Source: Zygophlyctis sp. KS116
Taxonomy: Eukaryota > Fungi > Chytridiomycota
DNA length: 14,909 nucleotides
Reading direction: 5' to 3'
Assembly: GCA_054661495.1 (NCBI GenBank)
Contig: BAAFSQ010000244.1
Location: forward strand, 1 to 14,909
Shown: positions 11,639 to 14,909 of the stretch, one piece after another
How positions within the stretch are numbered: the stretch's first letter is position 1
Layout: every line of letters begins with the position of its first letter
The notes under the pieces: generated by a model
Seen by the model: only the letters and a program-made list of their open reading frames with translations
What the model was told of the DNA's origin: nothing
The model's database searches: none
Position numbers and translations under genes: made by a program

Positions 11639-13432
11639 ATGACCAAGAACAGCCGAGAGTTCCTGCCAGAGTTGGAATTCAAGGTTCAGCAAACATCCCA
11701 CTTGGCGTAACTTTAAACAATGCTAATATCAGGTTTGCTCTTCAAGACGGTCTTGCTTTTATGACTCTCGGTGCGCAAGCGATAGCGCAGGTGAGACTTT
11801 GATCTGATTGAATATAGGATGAATTTAGTAAATGCTTTGTTCAAAAACCCAGGACATCTTGGTTTAAAATCAGATCGCTTGGATTGGCTTATGCCGGGGG
11901 AATCTTGATCAGATATCTAATTTTATTTCCCTATCGATTGTGTTTGTTATTATTGGCATCTGTCCTATTTTTCATTGCTTTGCCCATTATTTCTCTTCTA
12001 GATAGTGAGAAATGGCAGCGATGGCTATTTAGAATTTACTGCCGTGCTTTTCTAGAAAGTTGGTAATCACTTTGCCTGCTGATAACTTAGGGGATCTCGA
12101 ATTCGGTATCATGGAGAAAAACCGGATCTCAAGGATCCTCATGTTTTTGTATCTAATCATACTTCCTTTATAGACTTTTTGGTACTTAGTGCAAATTCCT
12201 TTCCGCATGCGATAATTGCACAAAAACATGGTGGTATAATAGGTTACTTTGAGAATTTTGTACTTTCTTTGAATGGATCATTGGTTTTTGATAGGAAAGA
12301 GAAAGTTGATCGATCTATTTTGACTTATAAGTAATTGTATTTTAGAATTAACCATTTTAGAATGAAAAAACATGTACATACGCCAAATACAAGTCCTATT
12401 CTAATATTCCCGGAAGGAACTTGTGTGAATAATGAATACACAGTATTGTTCCATAAAGGAGCTTTTGAATTAGATTCGATAGTATGCCCAGTGGCTATAA
12501 AGTACGAGATTTTAAATAACAATTAGATATAATAAAGCATGGGCGGATGCTTATTGGCATACAAGAACTCAGACATTCTCAAAGCATTTGTTATATTTAA
12601 TGACTCGTTGGGCGCTTGTCGCAGACGTTTGGTATTTGACACCCAGAGCCAAGCGTGAAGATCAAACTGCGGTTGAATTTTCTAATGAAGTGAAGGCAGA
12701 GATTTCTAAAAAGGCAGGTTTGCGAAATCTATCAATGGATGGCTATTACAAGGTACCTTATATTTTGTTTATAATTAGAATTTTGCTCCAGCAGAGGAAA
12801 AGCAAATTCGTCTCCGACAAAATCCTCAAATACGGTATGGTGCGGTATTAGCGAATAGGATGAAAAATAGAAAGATAACAAACACTTCCTCTGATCGATC
12901 GGTTCACAAAAGATTTCATAGCCAAGCTGAGGGGTGGCAAGAAAGTCCAAAAAAAGATACATCTGCTCAAATGTATTTATTGCATCAGCTGGATTGGATT
13001 TCTGAAGTATCCACACAAGGTTTATCGGTCAAAAATAAGATGTTGGTGGCACTGCAGGATGATCCTTCCAGTATGATACAGACTATATCTGATAAGAAGA
13101 GTTGTGTCGTAGCCACTTGGAAACGGTTTACCAAAATGAAAACTGCTGAAGATCATTCTCAACGAAGAATCGAAAATTCCACTTGGAGATTATGGTTTAA
13201 GCAGCGGATCGAGCTAGAAAAGAAGAAAGAACGGGAAAGGCTAGAAAGAGAAATGAATTTACAAGAATTAGAAACTGGAACTGAATTAATGCAGAGTGCT
13301 TTCCTTAATTTCTTTTCTGGTGCTGTTAGTCCAGGGGAACCTTCAATAACTGACAATGATTTGCATAGTGACCAGTTACGTAGAGTCTATAGCACGGGAT
13401 CTCTCATGAAAAAATCTGATAGTAGTAATTAA
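11639..13432 (+). CDS. Glycerol-3-phosphate acyltransferase (animal GPAT3/GPAT4, plant GPAT9 type) with long C-terminal extension, ~543 aa, 7 exons
   Basis: AIAQDEFSKCF, GILIRYLILFPYR, catalytic NHTSFID, LIFPEGTCVNN, FHKGAFE, PVAIKY, ADAYW, MTRWALVADVWYL, MDGYYK. Introns 11707-11732, 11791-11817, 12063-12090, 12331-12360, 12502-12526, 12753-12778. The last exon reads without a stop into ORF 12860-13432. Confidence 0.9.
13109..13207 (+). other. DUF1752/AreA-type (Mondo-like) motif in the GPAT C-terminal tail
   Basis: VATWKRFTKMKTAEDHSQRRIENSTWRLWFKQR matches by eye the W..(F/Y)TK...RLENxSWRxW pattern of fungal DUF1752. Confidence 0.7.
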
Positions 13433-13554
13433 AAAGTTCATTAAAGGAAATGTTTATTGCATTCTCGTTGTAATTGAGGATTAATCTCATAGTAAAAATA
13501 AAGAGCCGACATTAAAATCTAAAAGTTGAATGTATTTTGTATGGGAGTCTCATA

Positions 13555-13568
13555 GGGGGGGGGGGGGG
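13555..13568 (+). repeat. Poly-G tract (G14)
   Basis: 14 consecutive G in an AT-rich intergenic region, 45 nt upstream of the ERG7 ATG. Confidence 0.9.
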
Positions 13569-13613
13569 TAAAATCAAAATTGTGGTTTCTGATAACAGCC
13601 CTACAATCTAGAA

Positions 13614-14909
13614 ATGACTGATCTGAGTAGATGGCGGTTAAGAGTTGATCATGGAGCACAGACGTGGCATTATCTCAGTCCAGAGGAAGCTTGTGATTGG
13701 CCTCTATCTGCATCTGATATGTATTGGCTTGGGAATTACCACGGAAGAAAGTTAAAGGCGCCAAAAGACGCATATGCCAGTGCCATAAATGGATTTGAAT
13801 TTTTCAAGGAGCTACAAACAGAAGATGGACATTGGGCAGGAGAGTATGGCGGACCAATGTTTTTGATTCCTGGGCTTGCAATCGTTATGTACATCACCGG
13901 TGCAGTTTATCCCCGTGGATATGAGCAGGAAATGATCAGATATCTCAAAAATCGAGCTAATAAATTTGATGGAGGATGGGGGATGTAAGTCATGTTTTTT
14001 TGTAATTGAAAAGTCATATTGAAGCCGTATCTTCTGTTTTTGGGACAGCTTTAAACTATGTAGCTCTTCGTTTACTGGGAGCCCCAGCAGACGATCCAGT
14101 TTGCGTAAAAGCTAGAAATCATTTACATTGTTTGGGTGGAGCTTCGGGAATACCTGCTTGGGGGAAATTTTGGCTGGCGGTTTTGAATGTTTATGACTGG
14201 GATGGTGTCAATCCAATTCCACCTGAATTATGGTGTCTGCCTTACTCTCTTAATCCTATTCATCCCGGTAGAATGTGGGTGCATACTAGAGCTGTATATC
14301 TCTCTATGAGTTATATGTATGGGCTACGTTTCCAAGCTGATGAAACGGATTTAATCAAAAGCCTTAGGTCTGAATTATATGTTTCGCCTTACGAAAAGAT
14401 TCATTGGAAGTCTTTAAAAAATCATGTTGCTGAGGTGGATTTGTACGCTCCTCATACTGCTACTTTAGATATTTTAAATTCAATGGCAGGTTTATACGAG
14501 CAGCTTCCTAATTCTATTTTACGAAAAAAGGCCTTGGAAGTCGTATTAGATCATATTCGTGCGGAAGATCGCAACACAAACTTTTTGGATTTAGGACCGG
14601 TAAAATACGAATTTTATCATACCAGGTTAATAAAGTTATGAATATTCTTGTCTCATGGCTGGCTGATGGGCCTTCATCTGAATCCTTTCAAAAACATTTG
14701 GAGCGTGTCCCAGATTTTATGTGGATGAGCAGTCAAGGAATGATGATGAATGGTACGAATGGATCACAACTATGGGATACTGCTTTTGCTGTTCAAGCAC
14801 TTACTGAATCAGGTTTAGCCGAAGAAGAATTTGCACGCCCATATATGCTCAAAGCTCTCGAGTTTTTGGATGATTGTCAAATCAAGGATAACATGGTTGA
14901 TTATGAAAA
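13614..14909 (+). CDS. ERG7: Oxidosqualene cyclase, lanosterol synthase type (5' part; continues beyond the window)
   Basis: TDLSRWRL, QTEDGHWAGEYGGPMFLIPG, DGGWGIHIE, IPAWGKFWLAVLNVYDWDG, PIPPELW, HPGRMWVHTR, LGPVNK, MNGTNGSQLWDTAF. Thr in GTNGSQ is the lanosterol-synthase residue, whereas cycloartenol synthases have GYNGSQ. Introns 13985-14013 (29 nt) and 14600-14625 (26 nt). Confidence 0.95.

Noticed and set aside
14737-14790. Cycloartenol synthase assignment for the cyclase
   Set aside because: GTNGSQ has Thr rather than Tyr. The other diagnostic residues lie beyond the window, so lanosterol synthase is preferred but not proven.

Overview
Eukaryotic, AT-rich, extremely compact genomic DNA, most likely an early-diverging fungus such as a chytrid (inferred from gene content, ankyrin style and intron size). 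The fragmented ORF track is explained by about 35 tiny GT-AG introns, nearly all 24-31 nt. Splicing by hand gives eight genes: BSD-domain protein (-), Nas2/PSMD9 (-), then six consecutive + strand genes (monoglyceride lipase, Sfi1-like repeat protein, intronless F-box/ankyrin protein, MCM6, GPAT3/4/9-type acyltransferase, and lanosterol synthase running off the window). Intergenic gaps are as small as 7-15 nt. Highlights: (1) the GPAT is fused in frame to a C-terminal tail with a DUF1752/AreA-like (ChREBP/Mondo-like) WKxF...RxxNxxWRxW motif and a textbook AMPK/Snf1 site, suggesting a nutrient-sensing lipid enzyme; (2) a complete ~282-bp MITE with perfect 26-bp TIRs and 8-bp TSD; (3) an in-frame TAG inside the Sfi1-like gene with no GT donor to remove it; (4) an apparent length rule in 3' splice-site choice. 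All gene models are manual and lack transcript support.
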